From Aulosira sp. ZfuVER01 (GTDB lineage: Bacteria > Cyanobacteriota > Cyanobacteriia > Cyanobacteriales > Nostocaceae): a stretch of DNA of 64,000 bases. The notes below the pieces were generated by a model. The model did not search any database. It saw only the letters and a list, made by a program, of their open reading frames with translations, and was not told the origin of the DNA. The DNA lies in contig JAVRCV020000049.1 in NCBI GenBank assembly GCA_034530615.2, forward strand, positions 160,001-224,000, written 5' to 3'. This document shows positions 20,701 to 30,487 of the stretch, piece by piece (the first letter of the stretch is position 1; each line of letters begins with the position of its first letter). The position numbers and the translations under genes were made by a program.

Positions 20701-21246
20701 GAATTCTATTGAATCTGCTGTGCTATTAAGAGCATCAGCAATATTTTCTAAGCGTTGTTGTACGCCAACTTCAAAGATAGACTTAACAATATCAAATCCC
20801 AATTCTTCTGAAGTAGGAATATGAGCCTCAGCACCAAAAGCATCACCCAGTTTTTCTTGCAACTGAGCAAACGCTGAAGCTGCACGTTGGAGGATTTCTT
20901 CACCATTTACAGCACTACTAGTTAGTTCTGCGGTTAGTGCTAAACTTAAGCATTCGTAAGCTTGTATTATCAGTGTTTGTAATTGCTCATCAATAACAAC
21001 ACTTGGGTTATAGAGAGCATTAAAGACATCTTCAAGAGAATGGGCGATCGTGTTAATTACCTCTAAGCCAACGTTAGCGGCTCCTCCTTTAATTGTATGA
21101 GTTGCCCGCATTAAATTATGCACTTTAGCTATACTAAATTCTTCGGTTAAGCTAAAAAGTTCTTGTTCTATGGTTTGTAATAATTCTGGAGCTTCAGCTA
21201 AGAAATAAATGTAACCTTGCTCGCGAATATCAATGTCTGTAGTCAT
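17728..21246 (-). CDS. pixL: CheA-like hybrid histidine kinase (Hpt, HATPase, CheW, receiver), PixL-type
   Basis: Hpt MRATHTIKGGA, HLVRNAFDHGIE, DDGQG, SGRGMGLD, CheW domain, C-terminal receiver IVDD...SDLEMPRMNG. Confidence 0.9.
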   Translation of the reverse strand: MTTDIDIREQGYIYFLAEAPELLQTIEQELFSLTEEFSIAKVHNLMRATHTIKGGAANVGLEVINTIAHSLEDVFNALYNPSVVIDEQLQTLIIQAYECLSLALTAELTSSAVNGEEILQRAASAFAQLQEKLGDAFGAEAHIPTSEELGFDIVKSIFEVGVQQRLENIADALNSTADSIEFAQLLNSQAEVFIGLAESLNLPGFGAIAQTIIAALQANPKQAHQIGKVALANLQQAQASVLAGDRTFGGEIDPALQNFTQVITDDFSPVTKQYVSTTSLRNEIKELYKFLTTSGNTKNQPLKPAKAKFYIKVIRYIFGWFNHQMEISKEKLNLALLIASGQEDSIGYIENWLSKFLEFVQEAEDSQSLYLYRQGVILTIILAVVKFYYTNEQVNNDISVIQTLQQQIGKLAKEYKKFPPVTAQEKNWIDNPKFKTLLVFQEKALPETEHLLETIWGGEANFNHIHEIAETQLEESVTQIVDTDIANSAIHNEREIKGKLPNSSQKSSRHHSFVRVDTEGLQRLNYLAGELLIKQKQRILQDEQLQEIIEQLFQRIAKQQIILNQLGDLPFQMQNAGLQHNRNFATVKFDALEMDMYTEFQMKLHEAMEENLQLQEITESLDLLLNQATQLGDKKQRLTLNIIDNLVEARMSPLGNILNRFPQMVKKMGNVYNKLVELKLTGTEVLVDKAIAEKLYEPLLHLVRNAFDHGIETPQVRQSLGKSAQALIEIRAYNQGSQTIIEVRDDGQGLNLEKIRKRAIELNLIPPEEDYVSRATESELLELMFSPGFTTVEQVSEISGRGMGLDIVRSQIQSLNGSFSVKSLPNQGTKFILKIPFSMTTDKLMLVQAGGVVYALLLDNVEKILIPSEQQIKEFEGKKLLYYNSGEDERIVSLRPISELMYYSSSFCNSIALNNISTLHDIGITQHPVLLLRHNQEIFGLEVDQIIGEQELVIRPLGSAIAPPRYIYGCSSLASGNLILVIDPTLLLESYEMQATLESTVSSTAYLTNKKALTLSGLTSNSTPLLAPSPSTDTKLNSSKVLLIVDDAISLRQTLSLTLQKSGYQVLQAQNGVEALEQLQMHPEIQVVISDLEMPRMNGFELLSHVRHNPSFAEIPIVILTSRSAEKHRQLAESLGATAYLNKPYLEDKLISIVAELINKQSEQSHNLVISQ

Positions 21247-21362
21247 AATTTTTGAGGTTTAATGAGGATTTTTACTTTAGACATTTATCTTTGTAACTGC
21301 TTCATAATAAATTGAGCGTACAGATATTAAACTTATTGCATGATGAATTATTTTGGTTATTC

Positions 21363-21426
21363 AACCACAGATGCAAGCAGATAAACACCGATATTTACCT
21401 GTGTGCATCTGTTTTTGTCTGTGATT
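21363..21426. repeat. Imperfect palindromic repeat (ACAGAT/ATCTGT units)
   Basis: ACCACAGATGCAAGCAGATAAA...TTTACCTGTGTGCATCTGT. Confidence 0.55.
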
Positions 21427-21461
21427 AATTTTGTCCTATCCATATTATTGAATAAATTCAA

Positions 21462-21587
21462 TAGTGGTATATTGCATTAATTTTGCTGGGTAAATTAACC
21501 TTTTAATTTCTCTTCTCTTTTCTCTTTACTTTGCATACTTTGCGGTTCGTTCCTAAACTCCCTCACAATTAATGCGATGAATCACTA
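21462..21587. mobile_element. MITE-like element (~126 bp) with 21-bp terminal inverted repeats
   Basis: Left TAGTGGTATATTGCATTAATT vs reverse complement of right end TAGTGATTCATCGCATTAATT: 17/21 identical; TA at both termini; no ORF. Confidence 0.6.
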
Positions 21588-21636
21588 GTATTGAATAAGA
21601 GATTAAGAAAAAAAGCAAATAAAAAAATATTCTCCC

Positions 21637-21674
21637 AAAAAGCCGCGCCCTTGGACAATTCACCAAAGGGCGCG
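21637..21674 (-). terminator. Hairpin/terminator directly after pixJ
   Basis: CGCGCCCTTTGG...CCAAGGGCGCG stem then GCTTTTT on the minus strand. Confidence 0.6.
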
Positions 21675-21682
21675 ATCGTTTA

Positions 21683-24600
21683 TCAATTAACCTTGAACTT
21701 ACTAGCAGTTGCTAGTAATTCTTTTGCCATTCCTGATAACTCTTGAAAGACAACAGTAATTTCATGGGATTCATCAACAGTTTTATGCGAAATTTCTGCT
21801 ACATCTTTCATACTTGTAGTTACCTTGACAGACTGATCCATTTGTTTTTGGGTAGCTGCGGTAATCCGCTGAATTAACTGACTAATTTCCGCAGTTGCAC
21901 TCACAATGGCGTTCAAATTTTGTCTAGCATCACCAACAAGATTTGTACCTTCTACCACCTGTTGGATGCCTGTTTCCATAGCTACTGCTACTTCGCCGGT
22001 TTCTGCTTGAATCTCTTGGACTAATTTTTCAATTTCGATAGTAGCTGCTGCTGACTGGCGAGATAAAGAACGAACTTCATCAGCTACTACTGCAAAACCC
22101 TTACCATATTCACCAGCACGAGTGGCTTCAATGGCTGCATTGAGAGCTAGTACGTTTGTCTGTGTGGCAAAATTACTAATCAAATTCACCACTTTGGAGA
22201 TTTTTTGCGAAGATTCACTCAGGCGTTTTATCTTTTTACTAGTTTGGGCAACGGTTTCGCGGATTCCTTGAATAGCTTGTACAGTCAAGTTCATCGCAGT
22301 ATCACCAGACTCGACAGTTTGGTTGGCTTGTTGTACTGCTACCTGCACTAACTCAGCATTCGCTACTACAGCTTTTGTCGAATCCACCATATGTTGAATT
22401 TCGTCCAAGGCTGCGGTCATTTCTTCGGACTGTTGTTTTGCTAAGTTGGTTAGTCCGGCTAATGATGCTTCACTGCTACCAGAAGTCTGCACAACTTGTT
22501 GCGCTGCTGCTTGTACTTGGATAACTATTTGCCGGAGTGCTTGCAGGGTATTATTGTAAGCATCAGCAATTGTACCTAGCTCATCTTCTGTAATTGGTGC
22601 ACGTACCGTTAAGTTGCCATTGAGGGCGGGTCTGAGGGCTGTTAACAGTTGAATAGATCGCTGTTGCAGTAACTCCTTAGCTGCTTTTTCTCGCTTTGCT
22701 GCTTCTGCTAATTGTGCTGACTGTGCCTGTAATTGTTGCAAATACTCTGTTTGTTGTAATGCTAGCCCCAACTGGTCGCCAATACGAGCTAACAAACTAA
22801 CTTCTGATTCTTCCCAATCACGAGTTCCAGAGTTTTGATAAGCTGCTAGCAATCCCCAAAGTTTGTCACCAAAGAATACCGGCACGATAACATAAGCTTT
22901 AACTTCAAATTGCTCTAAAATCTCAATGTGGCAAGGAGCATGACCTACCTGATAGATGTCATGAGCAACAAAATTTTCTCCTTTGGCATAACGGCCTCCT
23001 TGGGTTTCTTGTAAGTGCGTATCTTCCCAAACAGTTTTGATATCTGGGCCTACCAATTTTACCCAATTGTGACCAACTGACTCAGCGACAAATTCGCCAC
23101 TCCAGTCAGAATTAAAGCGATAGACACCGACGCGATCGCATCGCAGTAATTGTCTGATTTCTTGAGTAGATGTCTTGAAGATTTCATCGACATCTAAGCA
23201 TTGGCGAATCCGGTTGACCAGTTTGGTGAAAGCTTTTTCTTGTTCGGCTATCTGAGTTAGTTTTTCAGATTTAACCCGCACCTGATCGAGGTATTCTATT
23301 TGTGATTTAGCTAGGCTAAATTGCAAGCCAATTTGAGCTAAGAAATTAACTTCCCAACTTTGCCATTCACGAGTTCCAGAGTTTTGGTAAGCTGCCAGTA
23401 ATCCCCATAATGTCTCTCCATTAAATATAGGAACTATTACAAAAGCTTTAGCTTCAAACTGCTCTAAAATCTCAGTGTGGCAAGAACTTAAACCAACTTG
23501 ATAAATGTTATTAACGACAAGGTTTTCTCCTTTAGCATATCTACCTCCCTGGGTCGTTTGTAAGTGAGTATCTTCCCAGACGGTATTAATATCAGGCCCT
23601 ACCAGTTTTACCCAACCATTACCTACCGACTCAGCAATAAACTCCCCACCCCAGTCAGGATTGAAGCGGTATACTGCTACGCGATCGCATCGCAGAGATT
23701 GACGTACTTCTTGAGTGGTGATTTTGAAAACGCTTTCTGCATCTAGAGATTGGCGGATACGGTTGACTATCTTAGTTAAAGTTTTCTCTTGTTCAACTAT
23801 TTGAGTTAGTTGCTCAGTTTTTGTCCGCACTTGTTCTAAATATTCACCCTGTGCGATCGCTACACCAAATTGCAACCCAATCTGAGTCAAAACGCTAATT
23901 TCCCAAGATTGCCAATCACGGGGGCCAGAATTTTGATAAGCTGCCAGTAAGCCCCATAATTGCTGCCCAGAAAATATAGGTGCAATGATGTAAGCTTTCA
24001 TTTCAAACTGCTCTAAAATATCGATATGACATTGAGCATGGCCTGCTTGATAAATGTCCTTCACCGCAAAAGTTTCACCCTTGGCGTAACGTCCACCTTG
24101 GGTTTCTTGCAAGTGGGTATCCTCCCAGACCATTTTAAAGTCAGGACCGACCATTTTTACCCAACCATTGCCTACCGATTCAGCTACAAATTGTCCACTC
24201 CAATCAGGATTGAAGCGATATACTCCGACGCGATCGCATTTTAGTAATTGACGTATTTCCTGAGTAGTTGTTTGAAAAACTTTCTCGACAGATGATAGGT
24301 GCAGAATCTTATCAATGACTTTGGCTACTGATTTTTTTGCTAGTGTTTGTTGTTGCAGTTCTGTTTGAGAGCCAAAGTTCTGCAATCTATAGCTGAGTTC
24401 TGTTGTAATTTGAGATAGTAAAGTAATTTCTACTTCTTGCCAATGTCGTGCTGAAGAACAATTGTTGACGCTTAGTAAGCCCCAAACTTTACTGTCTACT
24501 ACAATCGGTAGAGTCAAACTAGCTTTAATTTGAAATTTTTCTAGTAGTTGTTTCTGATAGGGGGTAATTTGGATCTGATTGATATCATCAATAACTACTG

Positions 24601-25000
24601 GTTCTAAATAATCTTGGCTGGTATATAAGCCAAAAGTAATACCCGGCAAATTTTCGCCTAGAGTAGGTGTCCAACCGAGGGTTCTGGACTCTGCTAAGAC
24701 AGTACCAGTATCAGAAGTTTTAAACTGATAGATCAAAGCGCGATCGCACGCAATTTTTTCTCTCAGTTGTGCTACAGCTACTTTTAGTAAAGTCTCACTG
24801 TCTGGGGCTTGACGTAGTTGAGTATTGATAGTTTGTAACTGCTGTCGCCAACTTTTAAATTCCTGAGCGATCGCATTTAATATCGATAATTCATTACTAG
24901 GAATACTAGCTATATTAGGGCTACCATTCTGATTTTCTAATTTTTCTATATCGGTGATGATATGACTATTTTCTTGCCCATTGTTATATAAAGCTGTCAT
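21683..25000 (-). CDS. pixJ: Soluble methyl-accepting photoreceptor with 4 GAF domains (3 red/green-type cyanobacteriochrome GAFs), AnPixJ/NpR6012-like
   Basis: GAF2-4 each have [13 protein letters not shown] and the CH bilin-attachment motif; HAMP-like segment; MCP signature [31 protein letters not shown]; no TM helix seen. Confidence 0.93.
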   Translation of the reverse strand: MTALYNNGQENSHIITDIEKLENQNGSPNIASIPSNELSILNAIAQEFKSWRQQLQTINTQLRQAPDSETLLKVAVAQLREKIACDRALIYQFKTSDTGTVLAESRTLGWTPTLGENLPGITFGLYTSQDYLEPVVIDDINQIQITPYQKQLLEKFQIKASLTLPIVVDSKVWGLLSVNNCSSARHWQEVEITLLSQITTELSYRLQNFGSQTELQQQTLAKKSVAKVIDKILHLSSVEKVFQTTTQEIRQLLKCDRVGVYRFNPDWSGQFVAESVGNGWVKMVGPDFKMVWEDTHLQETQGGRYAKGETFAVKDIYQAGHAQCHIDILEQFEMKAYIIAPIFSGQQLWGLLAAYQNSGPRDWQSWEISVLTQIGLQFGVAIAQGEYLEQVRTKTEQLTQIVEQEKTLTKIVNRIRQSLDAESVFKITTQEVRQSLRCDRVAVYRFNPDWGGEFIAESVGNGWVKLVGPDINTVWEDTHLQTTQGGRYAKGENLVVNNIYQVGLSSCHTEILEQFEAKAFVIVPIFNGETLWGLLAAYQNSGTREWQSWEVNFLAQIGLQFSLAKSQIEYLDQVRVKSEKLTQIAEQEKAFTKLVNRIRQCLDVDEIFKTSTQEIRQLLRCDRVGVYRFNSDWSGEFVAESVGHNWVKLVGPDIKTVWEDTHLQETQGGRYAKGENFVAHDIYQVGHAPCHIEILEQFEVKAYVIVPVFFGDKLWGLLAAYQNSGTRDWEESEVSLLARIGDQLGLALQQTEYLQQLQAQSAQLAEAAKREKAAKELLQQRSIQLLTALRPALNGNLTVRAPITEDELGTIADAYNNTLQALRQIVIQVQAAAQQVVQTSGSSEASLAGLTNLAKQQSEEMTAALDEIQHMVDSTKAVVANAELVQVAVQQANQTVESGDTAMNLTVQAIQGIRETVAQTSKKIKRLSESSQKISKVVNLISNFATQTNVLALNAAIEATRAGEYGKGFAVVADEVRSLSRQSAAATIEIEKLVQEIQAETGEVAVAMETGIQQVVEGTNLVGDARQNLNAIVSATAEISQLIQRITAATQKQMDQSVKVTTSMKDVAEISHKTVDESHEITVVFQELSGMAKELLATASKFKVN

Positions 25001-25076
25001 TTTACCAACCTCAATAAATGTTATTACTAATAATCTGATATCTGCTAATTGCTAAACTTTCCAGAAATGGAAAATT

Positions 25077-25550
25077 TTAATTATAATTGCCCCATATAGG
25101 AGCTTGGATAATCGCCAGAGCATCCAAATTAAATGCGATTCCCTCGTCAGGCTTAATAAAATATCCTTCTACAAATGGTGACATTGCTGGATAAAATAGT
25201 TCAGCAGATGGGACTTTCATTTGCTCAGTATTGAGCCACTCAATATCTGTTAGTTGCCGTACCAATAGCCCCAAATATTTACCCTCATTTTCTAACACTA
25301 TTGCCATCATTTTTGAAACTAAATTGGAGGCTTGCAATAACGGTGGATATCCTAACATCTCTTCTAAATCAACTAACCAAAGCATTTCGCCACGCCAGTT
25401 GTAGATACCCAAGACGCAATTAGGCATCTGAGGCACACCGCAGATTTCTGTCAATGATACTTGTAATACTTCTGCAATGTGCTGTAACTGAATTACAGCT
25501 AAGTCATTGGTTCCTAAATTAAAACTTAAAAACTTTTGCTTAGTCTCCAA
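25077..25550 (-). CDS. pixI: CheW-like coupling protein
   Basis: VPQMPNCVLGIYNWRGEMLWLVDL CheW motif; TTG start; position in the cluster. Confidence 0.88.
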   Translation of the reverse strand: METKQKFLSFNLGTNDLAVIQLQHIAEVLQVSLTEICGVPQMPNCVLGIYNWRGEMLWLVDLEEMLGYPPLLQASNLVSKMMAIVLENEGKYLGLLVRQLTDIEWLNTEQMKVPSAELFYPAMSPFVEGYFIKPDEGIAFNLDALAIIQAPIWGNYN

Positions 25551-25640
25551 AGTTATTTGTCCTTTATGGTAAATGATTGCGGATAGTCACTGCTGTAGTT
25601 TTCACTTAATTCTTGACTATACTTTGCCAAAGATATCTAT

Positions 25641-26006
25641 CTAATGATTGATTAATCGCTGTAAAGTAACTACTAATTCTTCTCTATTGACAGGTTTTGA
25701 TAGATAAGCTTCAGCACCCAGCATATTGCCCCAAATTTTATCCACATCACTGTTTTTTGTTGAACAAAAAACCACAGGAATTTTACTGGTGTTGGGATTT
25801 GTTTTTAGTTCTCGACAAATTTCATAGCCACTTTTACCTGGTAAAATTACATCGAGAAATATCACATCTGGCTTAGTTGTTTCTATTTTGTCGTGAGCTT
25901 CTTCACTACTTTTAGCGCTCATCACGTAGTATCCTGCCTGTTGTAAGTAACTACTGATAATTTCCATATCAGTCAAACCATCTTCAACAACTAGAACAGT
26001 GTTCAT
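25641..26006 (-). CDS. pixH: CheY-like single-domain response regulator
   Basis: VLVVED, FLDVILPGKSG, KP motif. Confidence 0.88.
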   Translation of the reverse strand: MNTVLVVEDGLTDMEIISSYLQQAGYYVMSAKSSEEAHDKIETTKPDVIFLDVILPGKSGYEICRELKTNPNTSKIPVVFCSTKNSDVDKIWGNMLGAEAYLSKPVNREELVVTLQRLINH

Positions 26007-26293
26007 GATAATTACCGATTTTATATCTATCTAAATTGTTCCAAAAAAATTTGGTTTTGTTATCATGGTGTTCCAATTCTTATTTATTAACCTCAGAAAA
26101 AGCACTTAAAAAGACCGATCATTTTTGACAAAACATCTATGAGCAAGAATCATGTTTGAAAATTTATTTGCAAATACTTGCTTGATAAAAATTTGTTATT
26201 TATTCTCGATAAACTGAGCATTTATCGATTATTTGAGGCTTAGTATTCAGAGCTAGTTTCATAAAAAAGTCCCATCACCAAGGAGAAATGTAA

Positions 26294-27493
26294 TTACAAG
26301 CTCTCCAATTTAGAGGCGTTTGTCTTAGTTGATGACGCTGGGACAGGTAAATACTTACGCACTATACCCATTACCTTATCACTAGCTACAGGTTTGGTAA
26401 GAAAATCCGTAGAACCAGCTACTTTAGCGCGAACTCTATCTAAAAGGCCATCATTGCCTGTTAAGATAATCACCGGTGTGTTGGCAAAGGTAGAAATTCG
26501 TCGCAGTTGAGCGCAGATTTCGTAACCACTAGCAATAGGCATCATCAAATCCAAAAAAATCAAATCTGGCTTATCCTGAATCAGAGTTGGTAAAGCTTGG
26601 ACAGCATCTTGAATTTTGATGAACCTTAGTCCATGTGAAGTGAGAATTTCCTCGAGAATTTTACAGACTTGGGGACTGTCATCTACACAAGCTACCAACG
26701 GAGCAGTTGTTTTCTTTTGTGGTGTAGCTGTAGGATTTTTCTGGGCTTCAATGGCTGTTAAAGGTAAGTCTGGTACTTCTACTAGTTCAATAATGCCTTT
26801 GAGGATATATGGAAGCAATGAACGAGCAACTGGCATTAAATTCTGCTTCATTTTTACAGCTAAATCTCGCAGAGTATATTTGCCATTGATGAAAGTAACA
26901 AAGTTATGGTAGACAGATGGACTTACCAATTGCTGGAGTTGTTCTGGTTTCCGCAGGACTGGTGCTAAATCAGGATATAAATTTGTCAACCCAGCCTCTG
27001 ACCAAACTTTCCACGATTCTTGCATCTGCTTTAAAGAAACATCTGCACTCGTGAAGCTCATTGGCGTTTCTAAGATCGCTTGTTGGCTGCGATGACAAGT
27101 TACAGAAGTAAAATCTGCCTCCTGAGCTAGATCAAAAAATAATTCTGCTATTGTGTTGTCTACAATAGAGTGTATTTGTTCTCGCTGGATTTTTTGTTTT
27201 TTATATAAGATTTCCAGCAGACGGTAATCCCAATAATCGCTTGAGATATCTTCAGAACTTAAACGGATCTTATCTAGATCAATTTGCGGGCAATTTTGAG
27301 CCATCTGTCTCCGCCAACGCCGGAAAGGATGAATTCCTCCTGTTGCCCAAACTATTCGTCCCAGTCGATAATAAAAAGTCCATTGATGACCTTTTGAACT
27401 TTTAATATTTAACTGACCATTGTATTGAAGCTGAGTACAAGTCTTAAATTCATTCAATAAGTTGTTTGATATCATCAGGTCTTGGTGGGTCAT
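26294..27493 (-). CDS. pixG: PatA-family response regulator (PATAN + receiver)
   Basis: PATAN-like N-terminus (WTFYYRLGRIVWATGG), C-terminal receiver VDDS...LDLMMP...KP. ATG 27493 has AAGGA upstream; the ORF track start is 27544. Confidence 0.88.
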   Translation of the reverse strand: MTHQDLMISNNLLNEFKTCTQLQYNGQLNIKSSKGHQWTFYYRLGRIVWATGGIHPFRRWRRQMAQNCPQIDLDKIRLSSEDISSDYWDYRLLEILYKKQKIQREQIHSIVDNTIAELFFDLAQEADFTSVTCHRSQQAILETPMSFTSADVSLKQMQESWKVWSEAGLTNLYPDLAPVLRKPEQLQQLVSPSVYHNFVTFINGKYTLRDLAVKMKQNLMPVARSLLPYILKGIIELVEVPDLPLTAIEAQKNPTATPQKKTTAPLVACVDDSPQVCKILEEILTSHGLRFIKIQDAVQALPTLIQDKPDLIFLDLMMPIASGYEICAQLRRISTFANTPVIILTGNDGLLDRVRAKVAGSTDFLTKPVASDKVMGIVRKYLPVPASSTKTNASKLESL

Positions 27494-28165
27494 AAATTGT
27501 CCTTTTACTAACAAGTCAGCCCTTAGCAACCCTACACTACCCATTTAATAGCCAGAAAATATCTAAATCTTTTTCAATATTTTTTGGTAAAAATATCCGG
27601 TTTTTTACCATTTTTTATGTAGATATTAGATATAGTGCTACTAAGTCAAGACTGATTATCACAAAGGCAATAGCATGGCAAAAGTAGCGTCAATAAAGGA
27701 GCGATATATAACCTAATTACCCCTAATTTAACTCTAGGCTCTAGCAATGATTAACTAATCAGTAGGAACTTATGTTATCCAGATGATCGTGTATACAGTT
27801 GTGATATATTATCATATTCATTTTTAAGCTAGTTTACGATCGGGATTTATACTGATCTATAATTTAAAAAATAATTTGTACTATTTGAAATAATTTAGGT
27901 TTAGAGTGTTAGCTTTGTTTGAGTTGATTGTTTTTGAAATATTACTTTCAAAGTTATTAAAGAGCTTTTTTGTAAAAAAAATTGCCAAATAAAGAGGTTA
28001 TAAAATTTTAGACAACCTTGATAAATAAGTCAGTACACTGAAACTATTGGCAAAGGTCTTCCTTTTTCATTGGTAAAGGTTACAAGCTTGTTTATATGTC
28101 GTAATATAGTTCTGTTTATTCTCACAGACTTACTTATTAGCTTTTACTGGTTTCACAATATTAAC

Positions 28166-28189
28166 CTGACGGAGTAATTACCCCGTCAG
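28166..28189. promoter_or_regulatory. Near-perfect 24-bp palindrome between murQ and pixG (terminator or operator)
   Basis: CTGACGGAGTAA|TTACCCCGTCAG, 11/12 arm match. Confidence 0.4.
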
Positions 28190-28315
28190 TAGTTGTAGCT
28201 AGCTGCCAAAATAGATTATTTCTAGTGAATTATTTCTCAGAGATTGATTTGTCATTAGTTGCTGACAAAGAATTTGGCATTAGTGGGCAAAGTAAAACTT
28301 CCTGATAATTCTTTC

Positions 28316-29239
28316 TCAGGGTTTTGTGACGTTGTAGCTAGCAATAGCTGCTCGCAAATTACCGTGATGTTCTGACAACAGTCGATCGCCTGCTGGTTTT
28401 TCTAAGCCAGTCCAGTGCATTAATAGGGCTAACTTCACCCAATTGCCGCTACGTTCTAGTAATACACTCGCATCTTCCCGACTTAAATCTGTAAGGTCTT
28501 GCAAAATTCGCAAAGCGCGATCGCGTAATTTTTGATTGGTGACAGCGACATCTACCATGCGATTGCCGTAAACTTTACCTAGCTTGACCATCACCCCGGT
28601 AGAAATAATATTTAAAGCTAGCTTTGTTGCTGTACCCGCTTTGAGGCGAGTTGAACCAGCGAGGACTTCAGGGCCAGTCAATAGCCGAATATCAATATCG
28701 GCATCAAAACTTACCTGTTCAGCAGGTACACAGGCCATAAAAATTGCGATCGCTCCTCGTTGACGGGCGGCGTTCAGCGCCCCGTGAACAAAAGGCGTTG
28801 TCCCGCCAGCAGTGATCCCCACAACTACATCTAATTGTGTAACTTGTCGTTGAGCGATCGCCGCTTCTCCATCTTGGGCGCGGTCTTCTAAATCTTCAGA
28901 ACTACGTACTAATGCGCCAGCACCACCAGCAATAATTCCCTGTACCAACTCTGGAGGCGTACAAAAGGTAGGTGGGCATTCAGCAGCATCTAATACTCCC
29001 AATCTGCCACTTGTCCCCGCACCAACATAGAATAAGCGTCCTCCCTGACGCAAACGCTCTGCTGTGCAATCAATCGCACGAGCCAATTCACTTTTAGCCG
29101 CAGCTACTGCTGCAACTGCTTTTTGGTCTTCGCTATTAAACAAATCTACCAATTCCAGAGAACTGATCTGGTCTAAGTTAAGACTATTAGAGTTTACTTG
29201 CTCAGTTAAAAGGTAGCCGCGTTCCTGCAAATTTGACAT
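28316..29239 (-). CDS. murQ: N-acetylmuramic acid 6-phosphate etherase
   Basis: GAGTSGRLGVLDAAECPPTF, GPEVLAGSTRLKAGTATKL, GKVYGNRMVD. Confidence 0.97.
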   Translation of the reverse strand: MSNLQERGYLLTEQVNSNSLNLDQISSLELVDLFNSEDQKAVAAVAAAKSELARAIDCTAERLRQGGRLFYVGAGTSGRLGVLDAAECPPTFCTPPELVQGIIAGGAGALVRSSEDLEDRAQDGEAAIAQRQVTQLDVVVGITAGGTTPFVHGALNAARQRGAIAIFMACVPAEQVSFDADIDIRLLTGPEVLAGSTRLKAGTATKLALNIISTGVMVKLGKVYGNRMVDVAVTNQKLRDRALRILQDLTDLSREDASVLLERSGNWVKLALLMHWTGLEKPAGDRLLSEHHGNLRAAIASYNVTKP

Positions 29240-29271
29240 TATATTTTTTGTCCTCGGTCATTTGTTATTGG

Positions 29272-29452
29272 TGAACCAGTGCGGTCTTGGGGAGCCAGTC
29301 CGTTGCGGTGAGTCCAGCACTGCGCGAGGGTTTCCCTCCGCAGGTGACTGGCGAACCCGAAGGGGGGTTCCCCCCGTTGAAGGAACTGGCGTGGTTTCCC
29401 CCATGAGCAACTAGTGTTCCCCGCAGGGGTTCTCGCAGAGTACCCGAAGGGT
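29272..29452. repeat. Nested GC-rich short dispersed palindromic repeats inserted into an STRR2-like tract
   Basis: Three nested inverted-repeat layers plus CCCGAAGGG mini-hairpins; flanked by GTCATT units. Confidence 0.75.
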
Positions 29453-29602
29453 CATTAGTCAGTTGTCATATCATGTCCGTCAGCCCTAATCAAAGCACTT
29501 CCCACCTCTCCCCTGACCAGTGTAGATTTTTTTACAACAACCCGGGAAATGCGACAAAGAAGAAAAAGCAGGGGAGCAGAAAGCAGAGGTGAAAGAAATG
29601 CT

Positions 29603-29637
29603 TGACCAATGACCAATGACCAATGACCAATGACTAA
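29603..29637. repeat. STRR2 heptamer tandem repeat (TGACCAA)n
   Basis: TGACCAA x4 + TGACTAA directly after the DUF3110 stop codon. Confidence 0.9.
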
Positions 29638-30066
29638 CTACAACAAACCTTCGAGTTGACGACGAATCTTTTCTAGTTCAGCATCAGATAAGTCTGATTC
29701 TGCTTGGTCTGCGGGATTAGTGCGGAAGGTTTCCTCATCAGTATCCTCTTCTTGAGCATTAGGTTGCCAATCAGTTTCTTCTACATTTAGTTCTGGGGGA
29801 GTGACTACTAAATTACTGTTTTCGGGGATAAGTTCCCACTCATAATCAGCGCTTTCACAAAATTCCTTAATTTCCTCGGCATCGATCGCTTCTACTGTCG
29901 GTACGGGGAAATCCTGAGCTTCTAACAATAAGGCATAGCGCGTTGCATCATCTTCTGACTCAAACATCAGAATTTTATTGCGATCGCCTATGCGCACGGT
30001 GTGAATTCCCTCATTCTCCGTTCCAGCATTAAAAATCAGCACAAAAACACGCATCGGTGTAATCAT
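29638..30066 (-). CDS. DUF3110-family protein
   Basis: VFVLIFNAGTENEGIH, FESEDDATRYALLLEAQDF, C-terminal IRRQLEGLL; lies upstream of murQ. Confidence 0.85.
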   Translation of the reverse strand: MITPMRVFVLIFNAGTENEGIHTVRIGDRNKILMFESEDDATRYALLLEAQDFPVPTVEAIDAEEIKEFCESADYEWELIPENSNLVVTPPELNVEETDWQPNAQEEDTDEETFRTNPADQAESDLSDAELEKIRRQLEGLL

Positions 30067-30305
30067 CTATCCTTATGTTTTTGGTGTCTATTCCTATTAA
30101 AGTTCTAGCTTGTGCCTCAAGGAAAGTCTCACCCATCATTTTCATCTATTTCCTGCAGCAGTTAAAGCTTAACAGTCAATAAGTAACCTTACTCATTTTC
30201 TTAATGCCAAATTAAAACTGCTATAGGATGAGGGTATAAATATAGTCGAGTTTTTGAGAATAATCTCGGAACTCTATAAGGATGGTCTCGTCTAGAATGA
30301 TGATG

Positions 30306-30487
30306 TCTTTATATCAGTTAGTGACTTTCCGCAAGTACAAAGGCATTCAGGCAAGATTGTAATTTTGCCTACATCAGTCAAACCTGTCATCTATGTTTGC
30401 ATATTTCGACTACGCTCTGATGAACGCTTACAGTGTGGAAATGATGAATGGAGTGTTGACGCTGTTTTAAATGGAGTCGTTTATTGA
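30306..30487 (+). pseudogene. tnpB: Decayed tnpB (IS200/IS605 RNA-guided nuclease) C-terminal fragment
   Basis: Three frameshifted segments: SLYQLVTFRKYKGIQA / NFAYISQTCHLCLHI / RLRSDERLQCGNDEWSVDAVLNG, matching the TnpB pattern FYQL..F.EYK...NPAYTSQTC..C...C..C...DAD.NG. Confidence 0.75.

Noticed and set aside
30417..30441. CTGATGA...GAAA resembling a hammerhead ribozyme core
   Set aside because: Stem II is offset by an extra G, no stems I/III or cleavage triplet could be built, and the bases are better explained as tnpB coding remnant.
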